This document shows positions 12,751 to 25,056 of a DNA stretch of 64,000 nucleotides, piece by piece (position 1 is the stretch's first letter; each line of letters opens with the position of its first letter). The stretch spans positions 13,270,001-13,334,000 of the forward strand of contig CM052818.1 of NCBI GenBank assembly GCA_028534125.1. Reading direction: 5' to 3'. The translations under genes were made by a program, and so were the position numbers. The notes below the pieces were generated by a model, which worked only from the letters and a program-made list of their open reading frames with translations, was not told the origin of the DNA and made no database searches. This DNA comes from Lama glama (lineage: Eukaryota).

Positions 12751-14342
12751 CACAGCCATACAGCATCCTCCAAACCTGGCAGCAGGCAGCTCTCAGCCCA
12801 CGTGGGTCCACACATGCCCAGCTCCACCCCAGATGTCAGACACTCTCCATCTACCAGCTGGAGTATCACCCTGATGCTGGCTTCTCTCCCTTCCCACCTT
12901 TATGCCAGGAAGGCCAGGAGCACAGTGCCACCTCTCCTCCCAGGAGCCAGGGCCCGTGAGGCATTCCCAGCTCCTTCATGGCTTTATGCACAGAGGCAGG
13001 GAGCCTAGGGCTGCCTGGGCCTGTCCTTTCTCTGGGCCCCTGTGCCCCTTTAGCAGTGGGAAAGCCTTTGGCCCACTCTCCTCCTATGTGATACAAAGAT
13101 CTCTGCCTTGCCATGAGCCCAACACTGGGGCTACATATTCAGCTCCTCCTCTTCAGGGTCTCTAGATGTTTCTCTGCCACCTATTAACTTCACACCAGAC
13201 TCCCATTAAGTCCTCGTTCAAAAGAGTGGGGTGAGCAACTCATGGGGATGCTGGGCGGGGCCAAGCACACTTCTCCAGAGATGTGGAAGGAAAGGAGCAG
13301 CTGCAAGGGAAGATTAAGCTCAGCTGTGCTCCCATCGATCAATAAATCAGTCAATCTTTATCGAGCTCCTCTGCCCGCACATGCTCATTAGCCAGCATGG
13401 ACCCAAGAGTTGCAGCTCTGAGTCTGGGATTTGAGGAGGAGGAGAAGGCCCCTGGTCAAAATATTTTCACCTTATAAAGTTCAGTGCTTTCCCTCTACTG
13501 TTTAGCTAATTTCCGCTAAGGTGTTAATGACTTATCAACTTTCATTGTTTCTAAAGGGACTGTATCCAGGGAAGGGCCTGGGTAGGGACCACCTAAAAGG
13601 GTAAAGGATGGAGAAATAAATGCTAAAGGCAAATGTCTCTATCTTGCCATTTTCCCCAGGGCTTGGGATGTGAATATTAATTAGGGTCAGGACAGAAGGT
13701 GGGAGCAGGGCTCTGGTGACAGGACTGCTTTCATTCCCTGGCTTTTCCTCTCACTGAATGTGACCTGCAGCCAGTTAATTAGCATCTCAAGCCTCTGCTC
13801 CCTCACCAGTAAAACAGTAGTGTCCACCAAACAGAGTTGGAAGGATAAAGCACTTAGTACAGCTCTCAGTTTAAAACAAAACCAAACAAAACCATGGTGG
13901 TTACGTCCATTCGTATTGAATTAAACTCAGATAGACAAGAGCTCCGTATGACCTTCGAAAAAGGGAAGAGGTAAGTGCATCTTCCCTGACCTTCACCTAT
14001 AACAGTTCCTGTCATCTAGGCCTCACTTGGTGGCCTTTTATGACACTGTCATGTGCAAAATTGTCCAAAGCTTTTTGATATTCATCCCCATTCATTTATA
14101 TATCCTCCTTAGAGTGCCTCTTAATTACTGAGTCTCACAAGTTTATTGTCCTAAAATTCATCTCCCTGAAATGTCAAAGACAGCCTCCCTAGCCCAGTGT
14201 TTTGGGACTTGGTGAACAAGTGGCATTTCCCTTTTCCTTTTGGTTCATAATTGTATAGAATCTGCCTGTGTCTTATCTCAAGCTTTTCCCTCTGCAGAGC
14301 TTGCAGCCTGTCTTTATGCCACAGTCTTGCCTGCTTCGCATT

Positions 14343-15250
14343 ATTCATTCACTCAACAAACATTTACTGAGTTCCCTCTAAGTGAAGGGCAGGTCCACAA
14401 AGATGGTAATAGGTGAGGAAGAACAAGAAATAAATAAACAAGCAAATGAATAAAATAATTTCAGTATAATGAAGTGTGAGTAAGTGTAATGAAGAAGGCA
14501 AACAAGAGGCTGAGATGGAGACTGCTAGAGAGAAGGCGTCCACATGAAGAGGTCTTCAGGTGGGGAAGAGCTCAGAATGAGACTCTGAGACACTGAACTA
14601 GAACTAGGGTGGCCACAGCCTCGTGAGCTTGGGAGAGTCAGGCAAATAGTGGGGGTGAAGGGATAAGGTGGAGCCAGGTCATGAAGAACTTTGTGGACCA
14701 TCATAAGGAGCTTGAGCTTTATTTTAAACTTGTTGAGAGGTTGTTTAAAGGTTTCAATCATGGCAGTAACATAATCTGATGTACGTTTGGAAAGATTAGC
14801 TTTGCCATCAAGTGGAACATGGGTTAAGTTTGAGAAGAAAAGAGATGGTAAATTTGGAGACTCTTCTCTTATTCTAAATGAGAGATGACGGTGGTCAAGA
14901 CCAGTGGGAAAAAGTAGATTCCAAGCACATATACAAATTAGAGGAGAATTAACATGACTTGCTGATGGATTGTATGTGTAGAGTAGGGGGAGGGAAAGAA
15001 TTATCAAGGATGATTCCTAAGTTTCTCTGTGGAGTAACTGGGTCAAGATAGGAAGGTATCATTAATGAGACAGGGAAGATGCAAAGCAGAGGGTAGAGAA
15101 TTAAGTGCCCCGTTTCAGACACACATTAATTTTGTGATGTCTGTAAGGTGTGATGTGACATATAAAGGTAGATGGATATGTGAGCCTGGAGCTTATAAAC
15201 ATGACCAGAAGTGAATTTGGATGTCATAGCATAGAGATGCCCTGTAATCC
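14343..15250 (-). mobile_element. L2 LINE (3' end plus decayed ORF2 remnant)
   Basis: Begins attcattcactcaacaaacatttactgag (antisense L2 tail); internal ccaggtcatgaagaactttgtgg, ttgctgatggattgtatgtg, tcaaggatgattcctaagtttct. Accounts for ORF 14525..15007. Confidence 0.8.
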
Positions 15251-17169
15251 TCGAGGGTCCATCTGCTCACCTCCCTCCTGCCGAGCATCCCATCTCCTCT
15301 CCCAGAGACACAATCCAGTGCTATTATATTTGTTGAGCAGCGACCAAGGCTGGGCCCACAGATTTCCAGGTCTGACCAGGAAGTCCCAGAAGACAGAAAT
15401 CCAGAGCCACTGCTATCTCCCGTGGAACCACACACTCCCACTCAATTCTAAGGAGCACTGCTCATTGCCCTGTATTGTTCTGGAAGGATTTGCATTTCTC
15501 CCAAGGCTCACTGTAAGTGTTGCTATATGTACCACTTGGCAAAATGGCCATCTCAGGAGGCATTCACACAAATACTTGGTCTGGTTTTGAAAGAGAATAT
15601 AAATGACCAGTCCTCTTTGTAAAATTCTCTTACTCTGATTGACACACGTTGTTTGTGTGGCTAAATATTCCTTCCATTATTCCTGGCTTTTTGAGGCAAA
15701 TAAATATATTTTAGGCATTACATACGCTCATGGTTATGACATCAAATAAAGGGAAATACAAACTTTGATAAACACAAGAAAGGGCAAGAAAAGAGACTGG
15801 GGAATCTTTTATCTTGTGGTTACATCCCCAGAAGGCCCAGATTTCCACAGTGATTCTTCTTACTGAGAAGTTTGATGAATCTTGAGCTATCAGAGAAGAA
15901 AAACATTGCTTATGATATCTAGTTTTTTCTCTTTTACATTTCTCCCATTTTAACAGCTAAAAGAATGTTGGATGGTCTCTCCTTCTTATGTGTAGAGAAT
16001 TGATTCCTAGGCAAGGTGTAACAAAATTTAAATTTTGAGTTTTTAAAATATTTCCAGAGGGTAGTAATTTTTAAAGGAGATTCTGGTGAACACATACTTT
16101 AAGCAAAAATTACTATACCATTAAACATTTTGCATACTATTGTAATGTTTCCCATATAAAATCACAGAAATTTGCTAACTCTTTACCTGTTCTCAGCCTA
16201 AGGAGAATCAAAGCCATCAGCATATGCCACACCAGCAACTTTTTTTTTCTGTTTTAACAACTGCACTAGGGAGCTTGAATTTGCACGCTAAAGTAAATGA
16301 AACAATTTGATTATATTTGCTGAAACAACCCATGACTGTATCATTTCAAAACACCACAAAATTTAGCACATGTAATCAAAATGGATTGCCTCCTTCTAAC
16401 TGTGAGAATATTGAGGAGAAACTATAAAAATACTGAGTGTTGTGATGCACTGAGTTCTCAAAAACAAGGTTAATTTTCTTACCAATTATCTTGCTATTAC
16501 TTGAATACAGTTTAAATACCATGTAAGCCTTAAGTCTTTGCATCTTCCCTATGAATATGTTGATGTATCCCTTAGAAAGATTTAACTCTGCATTTATGTC
16601 TTTACACGTAACCTTAGCCAGTTAGATATTTTTTAGCTTCTGATGCCAAAAGAAGTAGTGTTGGATGTGTTAAGTTGCTTACTCTATAGGGAAGACTCCA
16701 AGCATGTGACAGTTTAAATTTTAATTTAGAAGTTTCTAATGTATTCATTTTCTAGTTAACATACAAAGATGCGAGTTACAGGAAAGTTTCCTTATCTATC
16801 TCTATGGAAGTACTTGTGCTTAAGCAAGTCAGTAAGCTAAAATTAGAAATGTTCTCTGACTCCATAAAGAAGCACACAAAGTCTACAAGAGGCCTGGGAA
16901 TCGAACAGATTGGGAATAGAAAACAAGTCATGATAAGGAAACACTTGAACTGGTGTGAACTTTCTGTGTAGATGCTTGTGTTCATCTTTGCTTTCCTGGT
17001 TTCTAGCTGAGATTTTGGCTAGGAAATCTTATTTCAAATTGCAGGTGTTTCAGCATAATTCTGGGCTTTTGTTTCAGTTCAGTTGGGAGAGGATTTTTTC
17101 ACCCTCTGAGAAGAAGGAAGCATACCATCCACAGAACAAAAACAAAAACAAACAAACAAACAAACAAAA

Positions 17170-18590
17170 TTGAAGAAACATGGCTCAAGGAATTTTACAC
17201 ACAAATGCTTCTTGACACAGAACATCTAAACGAGAATATCAATTCACTTTTGGGCCAAAGATAAAATGATAAAACAAGAATGTTATGCAAAAGAAAACTG
17301 AAAGAAACAAATTGGAAAACCAAAACAGTATCACTAAAGAAATAAATTAGAAAGCAAAGAGCAGTAAGTGCCACTGATAATTAAGTCATTGGCAGAGAAC
17401 AAAGGCTTGAGATAATTAGGCATATATATATATATATATAATTCGGCATTTATATATATATAAAGACAAATTAAAGCAGTGGAAAAAAAGACAATTGATA
17501 TAAAAGACATACGACAACTGATATTTCAAAAAACCCTAATATATGGAATAGTTAAGTATTAAAAAATTATACTACAAGAAAGTTTATCTGAATTGAAGGA
17601 AAAATTTTTAAATTATCTATAGCTGGAAAGAATATGTGTTCCAAGAAAATTTAGTAGAGGACTCTACACCAAGTCAAATTCTAGTTAAGCACCTGAATTT
17701 CAGGAATTAAACAATTTCAGATATCTGGACAGAAAAAGCAAATAACCTACGAGGAATTAAAATCAGCCTGCCTTAGATCAATCAATCCCGTAAGACAATG
17801 AAACCATTGTTCTGAGGTGAAAATAGCTCGACTCCATCATGTTATACCCAAAATGGTAACCAGGTATAAAAGCATTATGAACCATGAAAGGACTAAGGGA
17901 GCAGACTACCCATGAGGCTGTCTGAGAAAAACTAGACAATGAAAATCTACCAATTTATTTTTAACCAAAATTAAAAACTCAGAAATAGAGAATTAGAGTT
18001 TTTCTTTAAAAGACTAATGATGAGCAGACAACTCACTTAGATATTGACTATTAAACATACATAAATTGAAGTTACAGAGTAAAATGCAATGTTATAAACC
18101 CAAACAATGTAAAAATAATAATAAAACATACAAAAACTGAGAGCAAAGAGAGAAGACGTGAAAATGTGTAATAGTACTATGGCCTTATTCTTTCATAGCA
18201 GGGAGTAAATTTAAAATGTTGAAAATTAAAATATGTAACTTTGAAAATATTGATCCAAAATCAATGTTTTTCATGTTTTCTTAACTTCAGACAGCTTTTT
18301 TTATGAAATAAAAGAGGAAATATGAGATGAGGAAATAGGTATTTGAAGTTGAATAGCTCCTCTAGTCTTACTTCTGTACATTCAACTAACATTTTATTTA
18401 ATACTTTTTATTTCAAAGAAGCACTTACAATTTTAAGTGATAATAATAATGATAAGCTGCTTTTATTTTTAAAAAGATTGAAAACAGGTATGTTAGGATG
18501 TTAACAACGGTTCATTTTAAGTGATGCAAATAGAGATTGCTATAATTTCATCTTGGCTGTTTTCTGTAATTCTTTAAATTAAAAAAAAAA
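17170..18590 (+). mobile_element. Old L1M/HAL1-like remnant (ORF1-like segment, A-rich tail)
   Basis: Strongly A-rich; ctacaccaagtcaaattctagttaa...agaaaaagcaaataacctacgaggaattaaaatcagcctgcc resembles the L1/HAL1 ORF1 C-terminal region; ends in an A-run near 18581-18592. Confidence 0.5.
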
Positions 18591-19429
18591 AAAGAAGAAG
18601 AAGAAGCAAGAGTTGAGCTGGACCAGGAGTATCCGATAAGAATTTTTCTCAACTTTTCCTGATTTTAGGTAGGTCTTTAAGAATTTTTATCTTAAGCAGC
18701 TGGAAGATTTATGTAGCTATTTGAATACTACATATGCACATATTATAGTATATATGTATGTTTGCATTAACGTTTTTACTACTGGAAAAGGAAATCAGTA
18801 GCCACCTCCTTTTTTTTTTTTTTTTCTCCCATTTTCTGTCTACTCCTCTAACTTTCCCCCCTTCAGGCCCTGGCTCTCTCCTGTTCTGCCCTTGTTCAGT
18901 GGATTGAAGGAAGCACAGCCTGGTGTAATGGAAATGTCTGCTTGCTACTTCCTCACTTAGCCTCAGAGGAGGAAGTTCTCTTTCCGGGCTTACTGTTTCA
19001 TCTAGAACACATTATCTCTTGCCTGATGATAAGACTTCAGTAAATTACTCTGAGAGACACTTGGGTTGGAACTGGGGAGCACAGAAGAGGACTGGGCCCT
19101 GAACAACCACAGTGGCTTTCCCAATGGGGCTACATTTCCAACTGGCCTTCAGGTGGACTGTGTGCAGAGTAAGGGTAGCTGGTTCGTGGCTGGACCAAGA
19201 TGCTCAACCTTGGCAGATGAAGGCCAACAGCATAAATATACTGGTTAGTTTTTTTAATCCTTAAATTTTCCTATTCTTTTTCACAGACTTAGGAGGGGGA
19301 AGATTGGGAGGAAATAGCACAAAGAATAAGAGAACATATCCCCTAAGTTTATTAGTATACAAAGAAAAGAGAATTCAGGGAGGGACAAAGGTACAAAGCA
19401 GCTGTATGACAGCCATTTAAGTAAAATAT

Positions 19430-19620
19430 TTGTGTAACTTGGGACTTCACACCTGTATCTTCCTTGACCCTCATGACAATAGAGTTAAAAAGTGGCATAA
19501 CTACGGTCCCTGCTTTACAGACCACGGTCAGGGATTGCCCCAAGGTCACTAGATTAGTGAGTAGGGGAGTAAAGATTTCAAGCCAGATCTGCTCCCTCTA
19601 AAGAGGATTTTCTTTCTAGT
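19430..19620 (-). mobile_element. MIR SINE
   Basis: ccctcatgacaa...gctttacaga...ttgccccaaggtcactagattagtgag...gatttcaagccagatctg. Confidence 0.6.
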
Positions 19621-20067
19621 ACTACAGTCTTTCAAAAATATAAAGCCATCAGCTCTAAGTTCATTTATCAAACAAAGCAGAGAACCTGAAGAAACACAAA
19701 AAGAATCAAAAAAGAAGCTCTCTAAATTTCCCAGCCCTGTGAAGTGAAACCTCTTACTTCTTCTCTGAGGACAGTATTCCATCCAAATGCCTCAGAGTTC
19801 AAAAGAGAGGACAATAATTAGGCAAAATTTTGAACAAAACGCATGTTTTACTAATGGCATGAGGACATTCAAATATGGACTGTTCATCTTCCTGACCCCT
19901 TGTTGAGTACAAGTGTCCTTAGTTTTGCAGGGTCCAAGTCATTAGTGGTTATCTCTTGATGATATCCTGTGGACTTAAGAGCACAGGTAGCCTGAGAGCA
20001 AACAGACTCAACTTTCCCTAGAAAAGGAATGTCAAGGAGACACAGTGTACCTGATATTCAAAAGGAA

Positions 20068-21077
20068 CTAATTTCCAAAATACACATATAGCAAATACAG
20101 CTTAATATCAAAAAAAAAGCAACCCAGTCAAAAAAATGGGCAGAAGACCTAAATAGACATTTCTCCAAAGAATACATCCAGATGGCCAACAGGCAAATGA
20201 AAATATGCTCAAAAGATGCTAATAATTGCTAATTATTAGAGAAATATAAATTGAACTACAATGAGGTGTCACCTCATACCAGTCAGAATGGCCATTACTA
20301 AAAAAGTCTATGGATAATAAATGCTGGAGAGGGTGTGGAGAAAAAGGAACCCTCCCTACACTGTTGATAGGAGTGTAAATTGGTGTAGCCACAATGGAGG
20401 CCAGTATGGAGGTTATGTAAAAAACTAAACATAGACTTAGCAATTCCATTCCTGGGCATGTATCTGGAGGAAACTGTAATTCAAAAAGACACATGCATCC
20501 CACTTTTCAAAGCAGCACTCTTTACAATAGCCAAGACATTGAAAAGACTTAAATGTCCATTGACAGATGACTGGATAAAGACGATGTGGCATAGATATAC
20601 AATGGAATATTACCCAGCCATAAAAAAGAATGAAATGCCATTTGCAGCAACATGGATGGACCTAGAGATTATCATATTAAGTGAAATAAGTCAGACAGAG
20701 AAAGACAAACATAATATGATGTCACTTATATGAGGAATCTAAAAAGAAAGATATAAATTTTATTTACAAACCAAAAATAGACTCATGGACATAGAAAACA
20801 AACTGTGGTTACCCAGTGGGGAAAGGGGAAGGGGAGAGATGGGTTAGGAGTTTGGGATTAACAGATATACATTACTATATATAAAATAGATAAACAACAA
20901 GGACCTACTGTATAGCACAGGGAACTATATTCAATTTTATGTAATGAGCCATAATGGAAAAAAAGCTGAAAAAATATATATGTATGTATGTATATGTATA
21001 ACTGAATCACTTTGCTGTACACCTGAAACTAACATTGTATATTGATTACACTTCAATAAAAAATAAAAATTAAAAAA
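20068..21077 (+). mobile_element. 5'-truncated L1 (ORF2 C-terminus, 3'UTR, A tail), laurasiatherian/cetartiodactyl type
   Basis: aaaaaatgggcagaagacctaaatagacatttctccaaagaa...; ORF 20458..20733 reads as the L1 ORF2 end (KDTCIPLFKAALFTIAK...MPFAATWMDLEIIILSEISQ); 3'UTR ggacctactgtatagcacagggaactatattcaat; cttcaataaaaaataaaa tail. Confidence 0.95.
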
Positions 21078-21245
21078 GGGAACCATCTGTATCTTAAGAC
21101 AAAGCACTAAAAAATAGAAAAATAGGGACATTTTATTGGTATTAAAGTGCTGGCATGAAAAACCTATCGACCTTGCTCCTTGTGTTGTTAAAGACAGCCC
21201 CCACTCCTCCTCTTTCTCCTTTTCAAATCCTCCTACATTTCAGAG

Positions 21246-21426
21246 CAATTCTCAATGATTTCCCTGGCCAGCAGCTCAGTTTCTCCTGGGAACTTGTTAG
21301 AAATGCAAATTCCTGGGTCTCATCTCAGACCCACTGAACCAGAAATTCTTGGATATGACCCCTGTGATACGTATTTTAAGGAGCCCTCTGAGTGGTTCTG
21401 AGGCTCACTAAAGTTTGAGAGCACTG
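21246..21426. mobile_element. MER5A
   Basis: ctgggaacttgttagaaatgcaaattcctggg...cactgaaccagaaattct...ctaaagtttgagagcactg; flanks tttcagag/ctttagag resemble an 8-bp target-site duplication. Confidence 0.8.
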
Positions 21427-22372
21427 CTTTAGAGCATTTTTTTCAAGCATCTGCCTTTTTCTCCTCAAGCTTAGTTGACACCACCAGTTAAGAGTCCTCT
21501 TCCCCATCCCAAACTATGTACGTCTACTCTCTGGGGGACGCTGGAAACTACAAGTGCGAAATACTCAGGGCACAGGGCACGGGGAACAGGTTTTTATTTC
21601 CCCATTACAGGTTTTCTTATATACAAAAGAATAGGCCACAAAACTATAATATCAAGTCTCACACCACAGCTTTTGAAGATTAAAAAAAAACAACTTAGAT
21701 TAGGTTAGAATGATTATGATATAAATTCTTTTAAGAAAGTAAATACCCATTATTTAACTTCTAGTTGGATCCCAGGTGAATGAATACCTTGATTTTAGCA
21801 CCTCTATCACCATGACACAATTAATTTAAATCACACAATTTAAGAAGCTCACTTATTCTTCCAAACATTATGTATTTAAGAATCTGATCAGTTTTACTTA
21901 CTGTCATTTTCTTCCCTCTACCTTTCCCTACCTTGTTTCTAACTGGTGACTGAATCTTTTGGCTAGCACACTGTCTCATGCCCACAAACACCCGTAAACT
22001 TTGAGAGTCTGCTTTGGTGCCCAAAAGATGATAAAGACAGAACTCAGAGAAGATGGGGTAAATTCAAATTCTGGAAGGTGAGGAATGATAAGACAAAGTT
22101 CAAAGTAAGCCATGAGCCTTCGGCAAGGAAATTTGGGTCCAGATGTAGCCCTTAAGCTCAGTGTACTGAGTTAGCATCACCAGTAAATTGAGCTGAAGAT
22201 AAGCCTAACTGCTAAAAACTCCCTTCCAATGTAACTTTTTTCCTTCTCCAGATAATCATGAGTTGGTTGAGACTGCTAGGAGTGAAATAGGCTTCTTTTC
22301 CTCTATTTCTCATTCTCTAGGTAACTCTTACCTTTTTCCAATATGTTTTGAGAATTGCTTTGGCCATTTTCA

Positions 22373-22710
22373 GACTTATTAAGAGCAGAGAAAATCTACA
22401 TGAAAACCATTTATTCATCACCATCCATGTGAGGTGTTAAGGCTTCAACAGTGAAGAAGCCAGAATGCCTGCTCTCAAGAAGCATGCAGACAAATAATTT
22501 TAGCAGAAAGTGATCATTGGTGTCACGAGAGTTTTTCAAATTGTGGAGGAAGGCACAAAGCACAAGGAGCTCCTGTTGAGGAAAAGAGGGTGAGAGTGTC
22601 AGGAAGCCCCCCAGGTGAGGAGAACCTTGAGGGGAGAAGTAGGATTACTTTCATCTGTAAGCTCCCTAGTAGTGCAAGAGCTATTTGGGTGGTGGCTTTT
22701 GTTGAATTCT
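22373..22710 (-). repeat. Left arm of ~340-bp inverted duplication (includes an antisense L2 3' end)
   Basis: Reverse complement of 24718-25056; hand alignment gives about 28 substitutions and about 10 indel bases. Confidence 0.95.
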
Positions 22711-22945
22711 TTAAAAGAAAAATGGCTGGTCTAAAAGGAAGAGTTTGGATTGATCTGGAGAACTTGGACACATAATTGTGATGTTTGGGTCAGGCTGATA
22801 TCTGTAGAGATCATTTTCTCTGACACAACAAATGGGACTTTTCTACCTTTACTGGATGTGACTTTCAAATGCCAATCATACATTAAGTGCCTAAAGACTA
22901 GGGCTGATGAACTCTATTCTCCTGTGATCAAAAAGTAGAGTGTTC

Positions 22946-23574
22946 CTGCTGGTGGGAATGCAGTTTGGTGTAGCCATTGTGGAAAACAGTATGGAGATTC
23001 CTCAGAAGACTAGGAATAGACTTACAATATGACCCAGTAATCTCATTCCTGGGCATATATCCAGAAGGAACCCTACTTCAAAAAAAACCTGCACCCCAAT
23101 GTTCATAGCAGCAATATTTACAATAGTCAGGACATGGAAACAGCTTAAATGTCCATCGACAGATGACTGGATAAAGAAGTTGTGGTATATTTATACAATG
23201 GAATATTATTGAGCCATAAAATGACAATATAATGCCATTTGCAGCAACATGGATGTCCCTGGAGAATGTCATTCTAAGTGAAGCAAGCCAGAAAGAGAAA
23301 GAAAAATACCATATGAGATCACTCATATGTGGAATCTAAAAAAAAAAAGGAAAGAAAAAGAAGACAGATGAACTTAAATATAAAACAGAAACAGACTCAT
23401 AGACATAGAATACAAAATTGTGGTTGCCAGAGGGGAGAGGGATGGGAAGAGACAGACAGGAGTTTGAAATTTGTAGATACTGACAGGTATATATAGAATA
23501 GATAAACAAGTTTATACTGTATAGTACAGAGAAATATATACAAACTGACTATAACTCAATAAAATAAAATTTTA
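22946..23574 (+). mobile_element. Young 5'-truncated L1, camelid-like subfamily, 16-bp target-site duplication
   Basis: L1 ORF2 end and 3'UTR (gggcatatatccagaaggaaccctacttcaaaa...gagaatgtcattctaagtgaag); flanked by aaaaagtagagtgttc (22930-22945) and aaaaagtagaatgttc (23575-23590), one mismatch. Confidence 0.95.
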
Positions 23575-24717
23575 AAAAAGTAGAATGTTCATAATAAAAA
23601 CTGAAGTTTTCAAATGTCATATTCTGAGAATACTACATCTTTATAATAAAAGAGCATGAAATGAACAGTGTTTCAGAGCTCTTTATTTCTTTTTTCTTCC
23701 TTTCCTAATCTCCCAAATATAATTTTAAAAAAATTTCCTATTTGTTTTTTGCCTCCTTATAGTGCTGAAATGATTCAAATGTACCTGGTTCATACTCTAC
23801 CCACTGACACACACACACAGAATAAATATTGAGAGGAGGTTTTATTAACTTTAATTCATTTGGAATGTTAACTTTTGGTGTTCTGTGCTGCAGTATTGAA
23901 CAGGTGATCTTAAATATGTGTATCTGATACATGAGAAAAATGGTGGAGATAAATCACTAGAAGAGTACCCAGTGTAAATACAAAGACAAACAAATTTCAT
24001 TTCCTCTTTTACTTAACAAGAAAACATTTTACAAAGACAAAAGTTATTGTTCCCTTGGATGGCATTGGCAAGCTATGTATTCAGGGAAGGATGCATTTGT
24101 TTAAAATGTGGTTAGAAGTTAATCAATATTTCATTCCTATTTTATGGCAACCAAATGCTCACATAGGTTATTTGGTTGTTCTCTGGCATTTTATTAGTTA
24201 TACTAAATTATTTTAGTCGACAAATATTTATTAAGTGCCTATAATAGTGCCTATTACATAATGAGTATTTAGTAACTATTTACTGATGCAGAAAGTATTT
24301 CTTGAGAACTTGCTATATGCAGACTTAGTAGTGAGTTCCCTGGCTGATATGATTCATGAGCCGGCTTAGGAATTTTTTTGCTCTCAAAGCCCTGAGTCTA
24401 TGAATGTGAAATCATTTGCATATCAAGTGACTCTGGCCTCTTCCTTCCTCTACCCCTAGCCATTCCTGCCACTGCTAATGAGACAAGTAATCTAAGAGCT
24501 TGAGCAATTTGCCCGTAAATCCATCTCTAAGGCTCTGCTCAACAGTCTGCTCTCCCCTGGGCCCACTGCAGGAAAATATGCACCATTTGAAACTTGAACC
24601 ATCCGCTATCATAGGAAAGCACATGAACCAGATGTCCACAGCAAAGTCTGATGCTCACTGGCTCATCCTTTGTAGTAACTCCAATCACTGGGGTCATGTT
24701 GGTTTGCCAGAAAGAGT

Positions 24718-25056
24718 AGACTCATCAAAAACTACTACCCAAATAGCTCTTGCACTACTGGGAAGCTTACAGATGAAAGTGATCCTACTTCTCCCCTCAA
24801 GGTTCTCCTCACCTGGGGGCCTTCCTGACACTCTCACCCCTTTCCTACAGCAGGAACCCCTTTGTTCTTCGTGCCTTCCTCCACACTGAAAAACTCTCAT
24901 GATACCAATGATCACTTTCTACTAAAATTATTTGTCTGCATGCATCTTGAGAGCAGGCATTCTGGCTTCTTCACCTTTGAAGCCTTAATACCTCACATGG
25001 ATGGATGGTGGCAAATAAATGGTTTTCAGGTAGATTTTCTTTGCTCTTAATAAGTC
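24718..25056 (+). repeat. Right arm of ~340-bp inverted duplication (includes a sense L2 3' end)
   Basis: Pairs with 22373-22710; cttcctgacac...tcttgagagcagg...cttcacctttgaagcc...aataaatggtttt follows the L2 3' end layout. Confidence 0.95.

Noticed and set aside
14525..15007. Longest ORF in the window (160 aa)
   Set aside because: Lies wholly within a decayed L2 element.
20458..20733. ORFs with L1 ORF2 C-terminal similarity (also 38860..39144; antisense 20219..20503 and 23078..23326)
   Set aside because: Fragments of 5'-truncated, dead L1 copies, not host genes.
22523..24915. Pairs of near-identical ORFs on opposite strands suggesting duplicated genes
   Set aside because: They are translations of the two inverted-repeat arms, with indels between copies; no coding evidence.
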